This document shows positions 9,953 through 18,949 of a stretch of DNA of 30,473 bases, piece by piece (within the stretch, counting starts at the first letter, position 1; each line of letters opens with the position of its first letter). A model generated the notes under the pieces. That model was not told where the DNA came from, did no database searches, and worked only from the letters and a program-made list of their open reading frames with translations. Made by a program: the position numbers and the translations under genes. The stretch is from a virus (taxonomy: Duplodnaviria > Caudoviricetes). The stretch is taken from positions 1 to 30,473 of IMG/VR virus record IMGVR_UViG_3300012942_000105; one strand, given 5' to 3'.

Positions 9953-10484
9953 TAGAAGCCTCTCGAATCATCCTAGCAATATCCGCAAGGTCTGAATTCG
10001 AGAGTTCAGGCATATGGTTCGCAAATTCAACCATATTGCCTTCTAGAGCCGCTTGGCGGGCCGCGGTAGCACTTACTCCATCTGCCTCGCCAGCCTCGCG
10101 GTCTACCTCAAATACCTCACAATCTAGCTTCTCGCTAGCTATGAGCTTGCGGTAATTGGAAGCACGATCCGAACCAGCAATCCAAGCTCTTGGTTTCAGG
10201 CCTTGTAGATCCAAAACCTCCAGAGCTTCATAGGCTGATGCCACAACATCAACCATTATACCCGGAAATAACTTCCGAATGATTGCTAGACGCTGCTCAG
10301 CAGTTAAAGGGTTCTTTACTCGATCCTTGCTGCTCTTCTCACCATCTACGATGTAGAGGATTGGTCGAGCGCCAAGTCGTGAAGCAGTCTCCCTGAGCCT
10401 ACTGATCAGAATACCATGACCTCTAGTAGGAGGATTCATTCTACCTACCATGAATGCCACTAGGTTGTTCTGGCCTCCACCCAT
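9933..10484 (-). CDS. Cytidyltransferase-like (HIGH-superfamily) nucleotidyltransferase
   Basis: GRMNPPTRGH, KNPL, AGSDR and VSATAARQAA motifs. Start is uncertain (ATG 10484, or GTG 10460 after GGAGG). Confidence 0.8.
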   Translation of the reverse strand: MGGGQNNLVAFMVGRMNPPTRGHGILISRLRETASRLGARPILYIVDGEKSSKDRVKNPLTAEQRLAIIRKLFPGIMVDVVASAYEALEVLDLQGLKPRAWIAGSDRASNYRKLIASEKLDCEVFEVDREAGEADGVSATAARQAALEGNMVEFANHMPELSNSDLADIARMIREASNGEQPN

Positions 10485-10502
10485 ATTTACCGCTCCATTA
10501 AC
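10482..10502 (-). promoter_or_regulatory. Late promoter with extended element GTTAAT-N7-TAAATA
   Basis: GTTAATGGAGCGGTAAATATG, identical at 20 of 21 positions to 21876-21896; heads the leftward baseplate operon. Confidence 0.7.
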
Positions 10503-10531
10503 CACTACTATTTGATTCAGTCACACCAATA

Positions 10532-10560
10532 GTGACATCCAGGTGACGATCCTATAGAAC
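10532..10560 (+). promoter_or_regulatory. Putative middle promoter for the sigma-factor gene
   Basis: GTGACA-N17-TAGAAC containing the shared motif TGACATYYRGGTRAC. Confidence 0.4.
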
Positions 10561-10646
10561 ATACTGAGTGCTAACCAATAGCGTACCACCTATGTGGGGC
10601 ACAATATAGAACCGCCAAAAGCAGAACATAAGGAGCGGCGCCAAAC

Positions 10647-11522
10647 ATGGCTCTACCACCCAAAGTGAATTACCTGACCAATAAGGAACTCCTCAGCGAG
10701 ATCCACAAATCCAAGAATTCCTACAGCTACTTCATCGATAAGGCATATGAAAACTATGATGCTATCGTGGAATCTACCGATAAGATTGATGATGATTTGG
10801 TAGCACAGACCAGAGCTATTAAGGCCAAGAAGATGCTACAGGCCCAAAAGCAAGCTCTCAAGGATCAGGGCTATAAGAACCATCAGATTAAGGTCAATGA
10901 CATCGACCCAGATTCAATCCCCCTAGAGAGCTTAGTCTTTCGAGTGATGACTCATGATCACATTCCACTTGAAGAAGGTCGGGTCAAGAATCCCAAGAGT
11001 GTAGCTGACCACCACGTTCGATTGAACTTTCCCCCATTCAAGCATTACGCAATCCTGGATGATCAGATCACTGAAGTTGGGCGCTCACATTGGAAGGATG
11101 CGTTGGATAATGGCACCTTTTCACAGGATCATGGCAAGATCTCTAACCGGTTGGCTCTCATGTTTATGAAGCTAGTGGATCGCTATTCACAGCGAGGTAA
11201 TTGGCGTGGCTACACCTACCTGGAAGAGATGAAATCACAGGCTTTGCTCCAGTTGAGTCTGATGGGCCTACAGTTCAACGAAGCTCGCTCCGATAATCCA
11301 TTCGCCTACTACACCGTCACAGTCAGCAATGCATTTACCCGTGTGTTGAATCTTGAGAAGCGTAACCAAAACATCCGAGATGATCTTCTGGTTATGAATG
11401 GTGTCACTCCTAGCATCACTCGACAGATTGATAATTCGCTAGCCCAGAGGGCTCTTGCGAATGGTGAGGTACCAGAACAGAAGAAGATTGTGCGACGGGG
11501 TGCTCCTAAGAAGCTTGCCTAA
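10647..11522 (+). CDS. gp55: Late-transcription RNA polymerase sigma factor, gp55-like
   Basis: NYLTNKELL N-terminus, NWRGYTYLEEM and SDNPFAYYT..NAF....EK motifs; lies upstream of gp47/gp46 as in T4. Confidence 0.88.
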   Translation: MALPPKVNYLTNKELLSEIHKSKNSYSYFIDKAYENYDAIVESTDKIDDDLVAQTRAIKAKKMLQAQKQALKDQGYKNHQIKVNDIDPDSIPLESLVFRVMTHDHIPLEEGRVKNPKSVADHHVRLNFPPFKHYAILDDQITEVGRSHWKDALDNGTFSQDHGKISNRLALMFMKLVDRYSQRGNWRGYTYLEEMKSQALLQLSLMGLQFNEARSDNPFAYYTVTVSNAFTRVLNLEKRNQNIRDDLLVMNGVTPSITRQIDNSLAQRALANGEVPEQKKIVRRGAPKKLA

Positions 11523-11576
11523 ATAATGACATCTGGGTGACCAGGTCTTTACAAATAGGGCAAACTAGGAGACCTT

Positions 11577-12605
11577 ATGAGCAACCAGCTCTTTCAGAAA
11601 GCGGCTGTTTTTACTGACATTCATTTTGGCCGGAAGAACAACGACCGTCAGCATAACCAAGATTGCGAGTCGTTCGTGAAATGGTTCATTGAGCAAGCCA
11701 AAGCCGCTGGCGCTGATACTGTGATTTTTACCGGTGACTGGCATGATAATCGTCATGCGATTCACGTGTCTACACTCAACTATAGCCTCTCCAATATGGA
11801 GCGGATAGCCAATGAGTTTGATAACTTCTACTTCATTCCTGGCAATCACGATCTCTACTACAAAGAGAAGCGCGAGATCTCCAGTATTGCGATTGGTAGA
11901 AACCTCAAAAACATCACAATCATCAACGACTTCCTAACTGTTGGTGGGGTGACTTTTTGCCCCTGGTTAGTAGGTAATGATTACAAGCAGATCCAGAAGC
12001 TAGCCAAGAAGTCAGACTACATGTTTGGCCATTTCGAACTACCGCACTTCATGATGAATGCGATGGTCGAGATGCCTGATCATGGCGGCCTGAATGCCAG
12101 TCATTTTGATGATGTGACCTATTGGGCGTTCAGTGGTCACTTCCATAAGCGTCAAGCCAAGAACAAGATCTGCTATCTGGGCAACCCCTTCCCCCATAAC
12201 TTCGCTGATGCCTGGGATGATGATCGTGGTATGATGTTGCTGGAATGGGGTAAGGAGCCAGAATTCAGAGCCTGGCCTGGTGCGCCTAAGTATCGCAACT
12301 TCAAGATGACGGATCTGCTAGAGAATCCAACTGGTCTGATTGATGAGCGAACTTACGCTAGAATCACAACTGATGTGATGATCAACTATGATGAAGCCCA
12401 ATTCATCAAAGAGACATTCAACGCGCATTTCAATCCTCGAAAGATTGACGTGATGCCTGGTACGAAATCGGAAGACGAGCAGTCATTCGGTGACGATGTG
12501 ATCTTCCGGTCTGTTGATCAGATTGTGACTGAGGGTCTTAATGCCATCGATAGCCTGACTGTGGATAAGAACCTCCTCATTGAGATCTACCGGGGGCTCG
12601 CCTAA
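11577..12605 (+). CDS. gp47: Recombination endonuclease subunit (Mre11/SbcD-like)
   Basis: Metallophosphoesterase motifs DIHFG, GDWHD, GNHD, GHFE and SGHFH; AGGAG RBS. Confidence 0.93.
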   Translation: MSNQLFQKAAVFTDIHFGRKNNDRQHNQDCESFVKWFIEQAKAAGADTVIFTGDWHDNRHAIHVSTLNYSLSNMERIANEFDNFYFIPGNHDLYYKEKREISSIAIGRNLKNITIINDFLTVGGVTFCPWLVGNDYKQIQKLAKKSDYMFGHFELPHFMMNAMVEMPDHGGLNASHFDDVTYWAFSGHFHKRQAKNKICYLGNPFPHNFADAWDDDRGMMLLEWGKEPEFRAWPGAPKYRNFKMTDLLENPTGLIDERTYARITTDVMINYDEAQFIKETFNAHFNPRKIDVMPGTKSEDEQSFGDDVIFRSVDQIVTEGLNAIDSLTVDKNLLIEIYRGLA

Positions 12606-12946
12606 TGGAATTTGAACCTTGGCAACTTGAACTTCTGATAGCAAGTCAGGATGTCTCTCAAGTCAATCATGCTTATTGGTTTGTGAAACACAACCAGAAG
12701 ATGACGCGTACAGATTTCATGAACTCGGTTATAGCTATTCGTGACTTACTAGGTAACCAGGGTGTAGAATATGCCATATTGATGATGGCTCATGGCTTCT
12801 ATGTCTTCACTGATAAGGGCCTCAACATTGATCCTGTTATGACCAAATTGGCTCATGGTATCAACTTTGAGGGTGAGATAATTGATGCGGCGCATAAGGG
12901 CGTTATTAATCAGGTAAACACCACTTTGGCGGGAAAAGCAAAATGA
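12605..12946 (+). CDS. Hypothetical protein
   Basis: 113 aa, translationally coupled to both neighbours (TAATG upstream, ATGA downstream). Confidence 0.7.
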   Translation: MEFEPWQLELLIASQDVSQVNHAYWFVKHNQKMTRTDFMNSVIAIRDLLGNQGVEYAILMMAHGFYVFTDKGLNIDPVMTKLAHGINFEGEIIDAAHKGVINQVNTTLAGKAK

Positions 12947-14727
12947 TAAAGATCCGCACAGTAACGATGAAGAACTTCCTTAGTGTTGGTAACACCACAC
13001 AGGCGGTTCAACTAGATGAGCATGGATTGACTCTAATCCTTGGTGAGAATGTCGATCAGGGTAGTGGTGGTTCGAGGAACGGGGTCGGTAAAACCACGCT
13101 AGCTCAGGCCATTTGTTATGCGCTCTACGGAGAGGCGTTGACCCAGATCCGTAAGGATAACCTAATCAACAAGATCAACCAGAAGCAGATGAGCGTTTCA
13201 CTGGATTTTGATATTGGTAACAAGAGCTACCGTATTGAGCGAGGCCGCAAACCCAATTTCCTCCGCTACTATGTCAATGATGGTCTGGTTACTCAGGATG
13301 GTGATAATGAAGCTCATGGTGAAAGCAAGATCACCCAGCAGGAGATTGAGAAGACCATCGGTTGTTCACATACACTCTTCAAGCACATCGTAGCCCTTCA
13401 TAGTAAGACCACACCATTCTTGGAAATGAATGCCAAGGATCAACGGGTAGTCATTGAAGAGCTACTGGGTATCACCCAGTTGAGTAGCAAGGCAGAGCAG
13501 CTCAAAGCCCTGATCAAAGAGATCAAGGACGAGATCAAAGGCGAGGAACTGAGGATTAAGATCCTCATTGATAACAATGATCGTATCCAGAAGACGATCA
13601 ATGACCTGAAGTTCAAAGGCACTGTTTGGGATAAGGAACATAGCAAGAAACTGGATAAACTCCAGACTGCGATTGATCAGCTCAAAGAAATCGACATTGA
13701 AACCGAAATCAACAACCAGCGCCTCCTCGTTGAGTTCAATCGTGTTTCGCAAGAAGTGATGCGATTTGAACGTGATGCCGGTCGTGTTGAAAAAGCCTAC
13801 AATGCAGCTGACTCTTCCATCCAACGCCTCGATTTACAGATGGAAGCTGCCAAGGAGAAGAAGTGCCACACCTGTGGCCAAGACGTTCATGACGATAAGC
13901 ACCAGGAGATCCTAGCTGATCTAGTGGCTCACCGTAAGCAATATGAAGAAGAGCGTAGCCAGATCCAAGAAGAGCTCTTTGCAGTGGCTGGTGATCTCGA
14001 GAAAGCTCTTGGAGAGCTCTCGGGTCTTGGTAATATGCCAGAAGTCTCCTACCCCAATATTGAGCAGGCAATGAATCATCGTCATACTCTCGACAAATTG
14101 GAAGCTGATCAACAGCGTGAGACGGCTCAGGATAATCCTTACATTGATCAGATTGCCAACCTGAGCACCAGTGGGTTACAGGATATCTCCTATGATTATT
14201 TGAATGAATTGGTTAGGCTGAAAGAGCACCAGGATTTCTTACTCAAGCTGCTGACCGATAAATCATCATTCATCCGCAAGAAGATCATCGACCAGAACCT
14301 CAGTTACTTGAATGTGAGGTTGAACTCCTATCTGGATAAGATCCAGTTACCACATGAGGTAGTCTTCCAGAGCGATCTAACCGTAGAGATCACCCGACTG
14401 GGTAGAGAGTATGATTTCGCCCAGTTGAGCAACGGTGAACAAAATCGAGTCGTGTTGGCGCTCGCATGGGCCTTCCGTGATGTCTGGGAGACCATGAATA
14501 AGCCAATGAACCTCATCCTGATTGATGAGTTGGTTGATGCTGGTATGGATAGTAAGGGTATGGATCTTGCCCTCGAGATCCTGAAGAAGAATGCGCGTGA
14601 TAGAGGCAAAAACATCTTCCTCATTAGCCACAAAGATGAATTGACATCCAGGGTTCCGAGGGTGCTACTCGTTCAATACGAGAATAACTTCACTACCTAT
14701 ATCACGGATACTGAGCAGAATGACTGA
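12943..14727 (+). CDS. gp46: Recombination ATPase subunit (Rad50/SbcC-like)
   Basis: Walker A NGVGKTT, coiled coil with CHTC zinc hook, LSNGEQ signature, LILIDE Walker B and ISH H-loop. Confidence 0.93.
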   Translation: MIKIRTVTMKNFLSVGNTTQAVQLDEHGLTLILGENVDQGSGGSRNGVGKTTLAQAICYALYGEALTQIRKDNLINKINQKQMSVSLDFDIGNKSYRIERGRKPNFLRYYVNDGLVTQDGDNEAHGESKITQQEIEKTIGCSHTLFKHIVALHSKTTPFLEMNAKDQRVVIEELLGITQLSSKAEQLKALIKEIKDEIKGEELRIKILIDNNDRIQKTINDLKFKGTVWDKEHSKKLDKLQTAIDQLKEIDIETEINNQRLLVEFNRVSQEVMRFERDAGRVEKAYNAADSSIQRLDLQMEAAKEKKCHTCGQDVHDDKHQEILADLVAHRKQYEEERSQIQEELFAVAGDLEKALGELSGLGNMPEVSYPNIEQAMNHRHTLDKLEADQQRETAQDNPYIDQIANLSTSGLQDISYDYLNELVRLKEHQDFLLKLLTDKSSFIRKKIIDQNLSYLNVRLNSYLDKIQLPHEVVFQSDLTVEITRLGREYDFAQLSNGEQNRVVLALAWAFRDVWETMNKPMNLILIDELVDAGMDSKGMDLALEILKKNARDRGKNIFLISHKDELTSRVPRVLLVQYENNFTTYITDTEQND

Positions 14728-15604
14728 GATCCTCTATAGCAATGAGGACGCCAGCGTAAACTTTGTAACGCCCCATCCACAAGGTGGGGCGTTCGAGTCA
14801 CGGTATGTCAGGCGCACCCCTGAGTATTTCATCACCTATCTGAGCAGCCACTCTGGTTGTAATAAGGCATGTCGCTTCTGTCATTTGACCCAAACTGGTC
14901 AGACCATGATGGCACCAGCTAGTGTGAAAGACTATGAGCAGCAAGCCCTGGATGTCTTCCGTCATTACCGACAGTTCGATGATGCCCTGAGAGTCAATTT
15001 CAACTTCATGGCACGTGGAGAGCCCTTGGCTAACCCCAATGTACTCACCAGCTGGAATGACGTTCAGAGACCCTTACAGAGCCTAGCAGAACAACATGCC
15101 TTGGTAGGCAAGTACAACATCAGTACGATCATGCCCTCAGAGATGGCAGACCGTAGCCTCTACGATGTCTTTGGTCAATCGGGCGCACAGATCTACTATT
15201 CACTCTACAGCCTCAAACCAGAGTTTAGGAAACGGTGGCTACCTAGGGCCATGGATCCTCATAAGGCTCTCTGGAAGTTGACTGAATGGCAGCAAAAGAC
15301 TGGAGAACTCGTAACCCTCCATTGGGCCTTCATCGAAGGTGAGAATGATGATCTCGAAACACTCGAGAAAATCGTTATGGCCATCCTGTTTCGAGGCCTC
15401 AAGGTGAAGTTCAATCTGGTTCGCTACAATCCATACAGCGAGGCCCAAGGTAGAGAACCGGCCGACGACATCATCCAACGCAACTTCGACTATTTGGCCC
15501 AGGCCTTTGGTAACGAGAAGTCTCGGATAGTGCCTCGAGTTGGCTTTGATGTCAAAGCCTCATGCGGAATGTTTGTCGATGCTACCCACAAGCCTATGCG
15601 CTGA
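14720..15604 (+). CDS. RlmN/Cfr-like radical SAM enzyme
   Basis: [13 protein letters not shown] cluster motif, MARGEP (cf. MGMGEP), NDD, NLVRYNP and C-terminal ASCG (cf. AACGQ). Confidence 0.85.
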   Translation: MTEILYSNEDASVNFVTPHPQGGAFESRYVRRTPEYFITYLSSHSGCNKACRFCHLTQTGQTMMAPASVKDYEQQALDVFRHYRQFDDALRVNFNFMARGEPLANPNVLTSWNDVQRPLQSLAEQHALVGKYNISTIMPSEMADRSLYDVFGQSGAQIYYSLYSLKPEFRKRWLPRAMDPHKALWKLTEWQQKTGELVTLHWAFIEGENDDLETLEKIVMAILFRGLKVKFNLVRYNPYSEAQGREPADDIIQRNFDYLAQAFGNEKSRIVPRVGFDVKASCGMFVDATHKPMR

Positions 15605-15809
15605 ACGCCACGTTTGGATTGACAAAGGTATCGCTATCGGGGCCTATTCCGGTCTTAATATCGACCTATCACCTTCATGTCGAGATTGGCTTAATCAGAT
15701 TGTGCGACCACACCGTTGGTGGTGGGATTATTTCATCGAAGAGCGTGAGGTTGCGATGTATTTCGTAGACCCTAAAGATGCCATGCTATTCAAGTTGACC
15801 TGGCTCTGA
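15579..15809 (+). CDS. Small hypothetical protein with F.D.KDA.LFKLTW C-terminus
   Basis: Ends [17 protein letters not shown], paralogous to the next ORF; start codon uncertain. Confidence 0.65.
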   Translation: MLPTSLCAERHVWIDKGIAIGAYSGLNIDLSPSCRDWLNQIVRPHRWWWDYFIEEREVAMYFVDPKDAMLFKLTWL

Positions 15810-15822
15810 TAGGTGCTAGAAT
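15795..15822 (+). promoter_or_regulatory. Sigma70-like promoter; probably gives a leaderless mRNA
   Basis: TTGACC-N16-TAGAAT, with ATG 6 nt downstream and no RBS. Confidence 0.5.
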
Positions 15823-15828
15823 GGTCAT

Positions 15829-16050
15829 ATGAGTGGTTGGCACACCATCCTAGAATTACCAGGGGATCGGATATGGTTCGATGAGGATGGCTATCTGATA
15901 TTCTACAAGTGGATCAATGACACCTTTGGCGAACGATCCTACCGAGTAAGTGCTGGAACCTGGCGCTGGAATGTCAAGGGCGATAACCCTATCCGAGTCT
16001 ACTTCCGCCATGCCAAGGATGCCACGCTCTTCAAGTTGACATGGTTCTAA
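15829..16050 (+). CDS. Small hypothetical protein with F..KDA.LFKLTW C-terminus
   Basis: Ends VYFRHAKDATLFKLTWF. Confidence 0.75.
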   Translation: MSGWHTILELPGDRIWFDEDGYLIFYKWINDTFGERSYRVSAGTWRWNVKGDNPIRVYFRHAKDATLFKLTWF

Positions 16051-16054
16051 TTGG

Positions 16055-16098
16055 TTGACTCTGGGCCAGCTTGTGCTAGATCCGTAGAAGGTTAAATA
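16055..16098 (+). promoter_or_regulatory. Tandem sigma70-like and late promoters
   Basis: TTGACT-N16-TAGATC (16055-16082), followed by TAAATA (16093-16098) and a GGAG RBS. Confidence 0.55.
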
Positions 16099-16109
16099 CG
16101 GAGTGCGCG

Positions 16110-16475
16110 ATGAGCGGCAATAGGCTTGATATTCAAAAGGTCAATCGGTATGAAGCCGATTGGGATGCCAAGACGATATTCACAGGCTTTAACATCCGGG
16201 CCGTTCTCGCAGGCACGACAGACATGATTACTCGTATTACCGAGCGTTCGCGCCTAGCAAAAAGGCTGCGTCGCGAGATTGGCGAGGAAGACATTGACTG
16301 GATCTTGCAGGATCATCCCCGATCGGGTGAGGTCGAACTCTACTTGAAGAGTTCAGGACCCCTGATCATGTGGAAGCTTCAGGATCACGAAGCATTCAAT
16401 AAGCTGTTTGACCGGGTGGAACAGCACACGGATACCCCACCTGATGAAATTCGAGACCCTGAAGACCAAGAATAA
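16110..16475 (+). CDS. Hypothetical protein
   Basis: 121-aa ORF with RBS and promoters. Confidence 0.75.
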   Translation: MSGNRLDIQKVNRYEADWDAKTIFTGFNIRAVLAGTTDMITRITERSRLAKRLRREIGEEDIDWILQDHPRSGEVELYLKSSGPLIMWKLQDHEAFNKLFDRVEQHTDTPPDEIRDPEDQE

Positions 16476-16665
16476 GCCTGGATACCACATTGAATTCAAA
16501 TCAACCCAACAAGCATTGAATGCTGGGGTTTGGCTCAAGCAAATTGGTCTTAATGAATGGTCAGCAGGTGGTGGATTGATCTCCACCATCGACCTAGAAG
16601 TTGCCTACAAATTGCGAATCCATTTTGATCATCAGATCAAACTGATTAGGTGTCTTGTAGCTTGA
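16444..16665 (+). CDS. Hypothetical small protein
   Basis: MKFETLKTKNKPGYHIEF...; fills the gap between neighbours; start chosen at ATG 16444. Confidence 0.55.
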   Translation: MKFETLKTKNKPGYHIEFKSTQQALNAGVWLKQIGLNEWSAGGGLISTIDLEVAYKLRIHFDHQIKLIRCLVA

Positions 16666-16960
16666 TCTGATAGATCTTGTGGATCTTATCCGCATGAACC
16701 AATTTGATCAATGCGAGATCCATCGGATTCAATAGAAAGAGGTGGGTGTAGACTCGCCTATTCTTCCAATTTGGTTCAAAATCCAAACGATACTGGTCTA
16801 TACAGGTATCACGCAGAAGATCACGCATTGCCTCAATATCACCGGCATTGCTTTCACAATGCCAGATCTTCCTGGCTGGTCGAGCTAAGAGCACCTGGTA
16901 GGTGAAACGCCCATAGGGGAGGTTCTTCTTCCTCAATGTCTTGATAGACAGGCGGCCCAT
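16646..16960 (-). CDS. Hypothetical protein
   Basis: 104-aa ORF with GGAG RBS upstream. Confidence 0.7.
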   Translation of the reverse strand: MGRLSIKTLRKKNLPYGRFTYQVLLARPARKIWHCESNAGDIEAMRDLLRDTCIDQYRLDFEPNWKNRRVYTHLFLLNPMDLALIKLVHADKIHKIYQIKLQDT

Positions 16961-17026
16961 TGGATCTCCAAAATACGCGGATGGCTCAACTAGTCAGTTT
17001 TATCTACATTCTGACTTAGGTCGAAA

Positions 17027-17566
17027 TCAATCTTCCGCTCCACCTAGACGGCGAATTGCGCCTTTATTCTGCTTGAAGAACCCCTCATGAGTCACAATCA
17101 CGTAATCACATGCCTCTGGTGTTCCAAATGACTTGCGATACGTCACATAGGATAGACCAGTAAGATCCAACTCAGACAGGTATTTGGCTTTGAAAGCGGC
17201 CCAGGATCCTTTGCGGGTGATCTTGAAGATGGTAAGCGAGAAATCCTGGTCATCCGCAGGTTCTTCTGTCTGATCAATCCAGGTATCGAGTTGCTTACAA
17301 GATCCGTCAATGATCTGATGAAACGCGATGTCAGCGTAATTCTTGGCCTCAAGATTCAGATAGGGTAGATCGTCTGGAGGAATGATATCACCCTTGGCCG
17401 CTCTCTGCTGACCGCTACTAAGGAACTCCTTACGGAAGACGTTTTTGCCGCCCATGTAGGCTCCTGAGTTAGGAACTCGTTGGAAGTTACCTCCTAGAGT
17501 CTCACCCAAGAAAACGCAGATCTCGCGTTCCCATGAATTGCCCTTCAATTTTGATTTGCTAGTCAT
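17027..17566 (-). CDS. Holliday junction resolvase, PD-(D/E)xK (Hjc-like)
   Basis: SKLKGNSWERE, RVPNSGA, GDIIPP and LEAKNY motifs. Start overlaps the HNH stop (TGATG). Confidence 0.8.
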   Translation of the reverse strand: MTSKSKLKGNSWEREICVFLGETLGGNFQRVPNSGAYMGGKNVFRKEFLSSGQQRAAKGDIIPPDDLPYLNLEAKNYADIAFHQIIDGSCKQLDTWIDQTEEPADDQDFSLTIFKITRKGSWAAFKAKYLSELDLTGLSYVTYRKSFGTPEACDYVIVTHEGFFKQNKGAIRRLGGAED

Positions 17567-18030
17567 CAGATATGACTCCACGATTTTCGATTTACCACAC
17601 ACCTGATAGTTTCTTCAGAAACGCCATAATCAGGAGCCAGTTCTGCTTGGGTATAATAATCAGTGGCATATCGAGACCTAATATCATGAACCTGAGCTTC
17701 AGTTAGCTTCGTGTGCTGTCGCCCTTTTAATACTTTATCAGTCATATTGATTTGGTTAGATCCTAAGAAAAGGTGGTCAGGGTTGATACAGGTTGGATTG
17801 TCACAGGAATGGCAGACATGATCATCAGATCCTATTGGGCCATTATGACAAATATAACTGAGTTGGTGAGTTCCACTTTTACCGTGAACTCTATACCAAC
17901 GATCAACATGGCGACCATATCCATCCTTATCCGTATAACCTGTCCAATTCCAACAACCGTTAGATTGGATAGAAGTTCGAGCGGCCAGATATTCCTTCAG
18001 AGTTCTGGTGTGTTTATGTCCAGATGTCAT
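17566..18030 (-). CDS. Free-standing HNH endonuclease with C-terminal HTH
   Basis: CWNWTG..DGYG, VCHSCDNPTCINPDHLFLGS..NM.D, then KLTEAQV..IR..TQAELA..YGVS..TI. Confidence 0.9.
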   Translation of the reverse strand: MTSGHKHTRTLKEYLAARTSIQSNGCWNWTGYTDKDGYGRHVDRWYRVHGKSGTHQLSYICHNGPIGSDDHVCHSCDNPTCINPDHLFLGSNQINMTDKVLKGRQHTKLTEAQVHDIRSRYATDYYTQAELAPDYGVSEETIRCVVNRKSWSHI

Positions 18031-18057
18031 TGCTACCCTCAAGTTGGATTATGTGGG

Positions 18058-18063
18058 TATTTA
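18058..18063 (-). promoter_or_regulatory. Late promoter (TAAATA) for HNH-resolvase
   Basis: TAAATA 27 nt upstream of ATG 18030. Confidence 0.6.
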
Positions 18064-18124
18064 TCTACACCAATATAGACTCCAGGGTTGGTTGTATCGC
18101 ATTGTGCTTATAAAGGAGCACAAC

Positions 18125-18949
18125 ATGGATAAGCGAAATCGTGATCTGACTGTGATGGTGAATGTCTCACCAACCGACAAAGTGCGTTTTCGAGAGTTCA
18201 TGAAACAAGAGCTTGGTTACTACAACGCTCTTGTTGAAGGTCTAGGACCGCGTGCCCGAACTTTCCCCGAGACCCTTATAGCCCTCCACAAGGATTGGCA
18301 GAACCTTTGGTCAGCTTTGGCACAGGGTGGTCACAATCTAAAGCTCTATGAAAAGGCTCCAATGGATATCCAGCTGCCAGCTGATCTGGAGCCGCATCGT
18401 AAGATGCTTGTTGGTCGAGATTCCAAGGGTGAACGATTCCTGAATGATCGCATGTTCAACATCATGAGTATAGCGACCACTCCAGCTTTGATTCATCCTA
18501 TTGTGCGACGGAACATGGCCAACTTGGTTCTTGAATTCTTCAAAGACCAATCCATCAAACTAGCCAATCGCAATGAGAATGCCCTGGGTGAGCAGGATAT
18601 GTATTCCAAGCCTATTGATCTCCTGGTTAAGCATGACCTGGTGACTAAGCGCCACCTACAGATTCCTCGTAACGCGCTTAATGCGGTCTATTACTATGAT
18701 GATCGCGAACTCACGGAGATCTACACTCCTTACAGTGATAACCCTTTGGTGGTTCAGGGCCATGATCTCGAGCACAACAATCACTGGAATCTGATCATCC
18801 TACATCAACAGGCTGGTATGGAAGCTGACCCCACGACCCCTTGGGTTATTGACATCACGTATAACCAGAACCCATACTTACTCCGTTACCAGGATGTTGA
18901 TCAACCAAAGACTGGTAGGATTTTCGCGGCGATGAAGAGCCGTAACTAA
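18125..18949 (+). CDS. Hypothetical protein resembling the TnpB N-terminal (WED/REC) half, with no RuvC domain
   Basis: AAGGAG RBS and ATG at 18125; 274 aa. The ORF itself is solid; the TnpB resemblance is a by-eye motif alignment only. Confidence 0.5.
   Translation: MDKRNRDLTVMVNVSPTDKVRFREFMKQELGYYNALVEGLGPRARTFPETLIALHKDWQNLWSALAQGGHNLKLYEKAPMDIQLPADLEPHRKMLVGRDSKGERFLNDRMFNIMSIATTPALIHPIVRRNMANLVLEFFKDQSIKLANRNENALGEQDMYSKPIDLLVKHDLVTKRHLQIPRNALNAVYYYDDRELTEIYTPYSDNPLVVQGHDLEHNNHWNLIILHQQAGMEADPTTPWVIDITYNQNPYLLRYQDVDQPKTGRIFAAMKSRN

Noticed and set aside
11520-11525. TAAATA before gp47
   Set aside because: It overlaps the TAA stop of the sigma gene and may be coincidental; not called as a promoter.
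18008-18124. Longer start for the 313-aa ORF
   Set aside because: Overlaps the HNH start and its promoter; AAGGAG supports ATG 18125.
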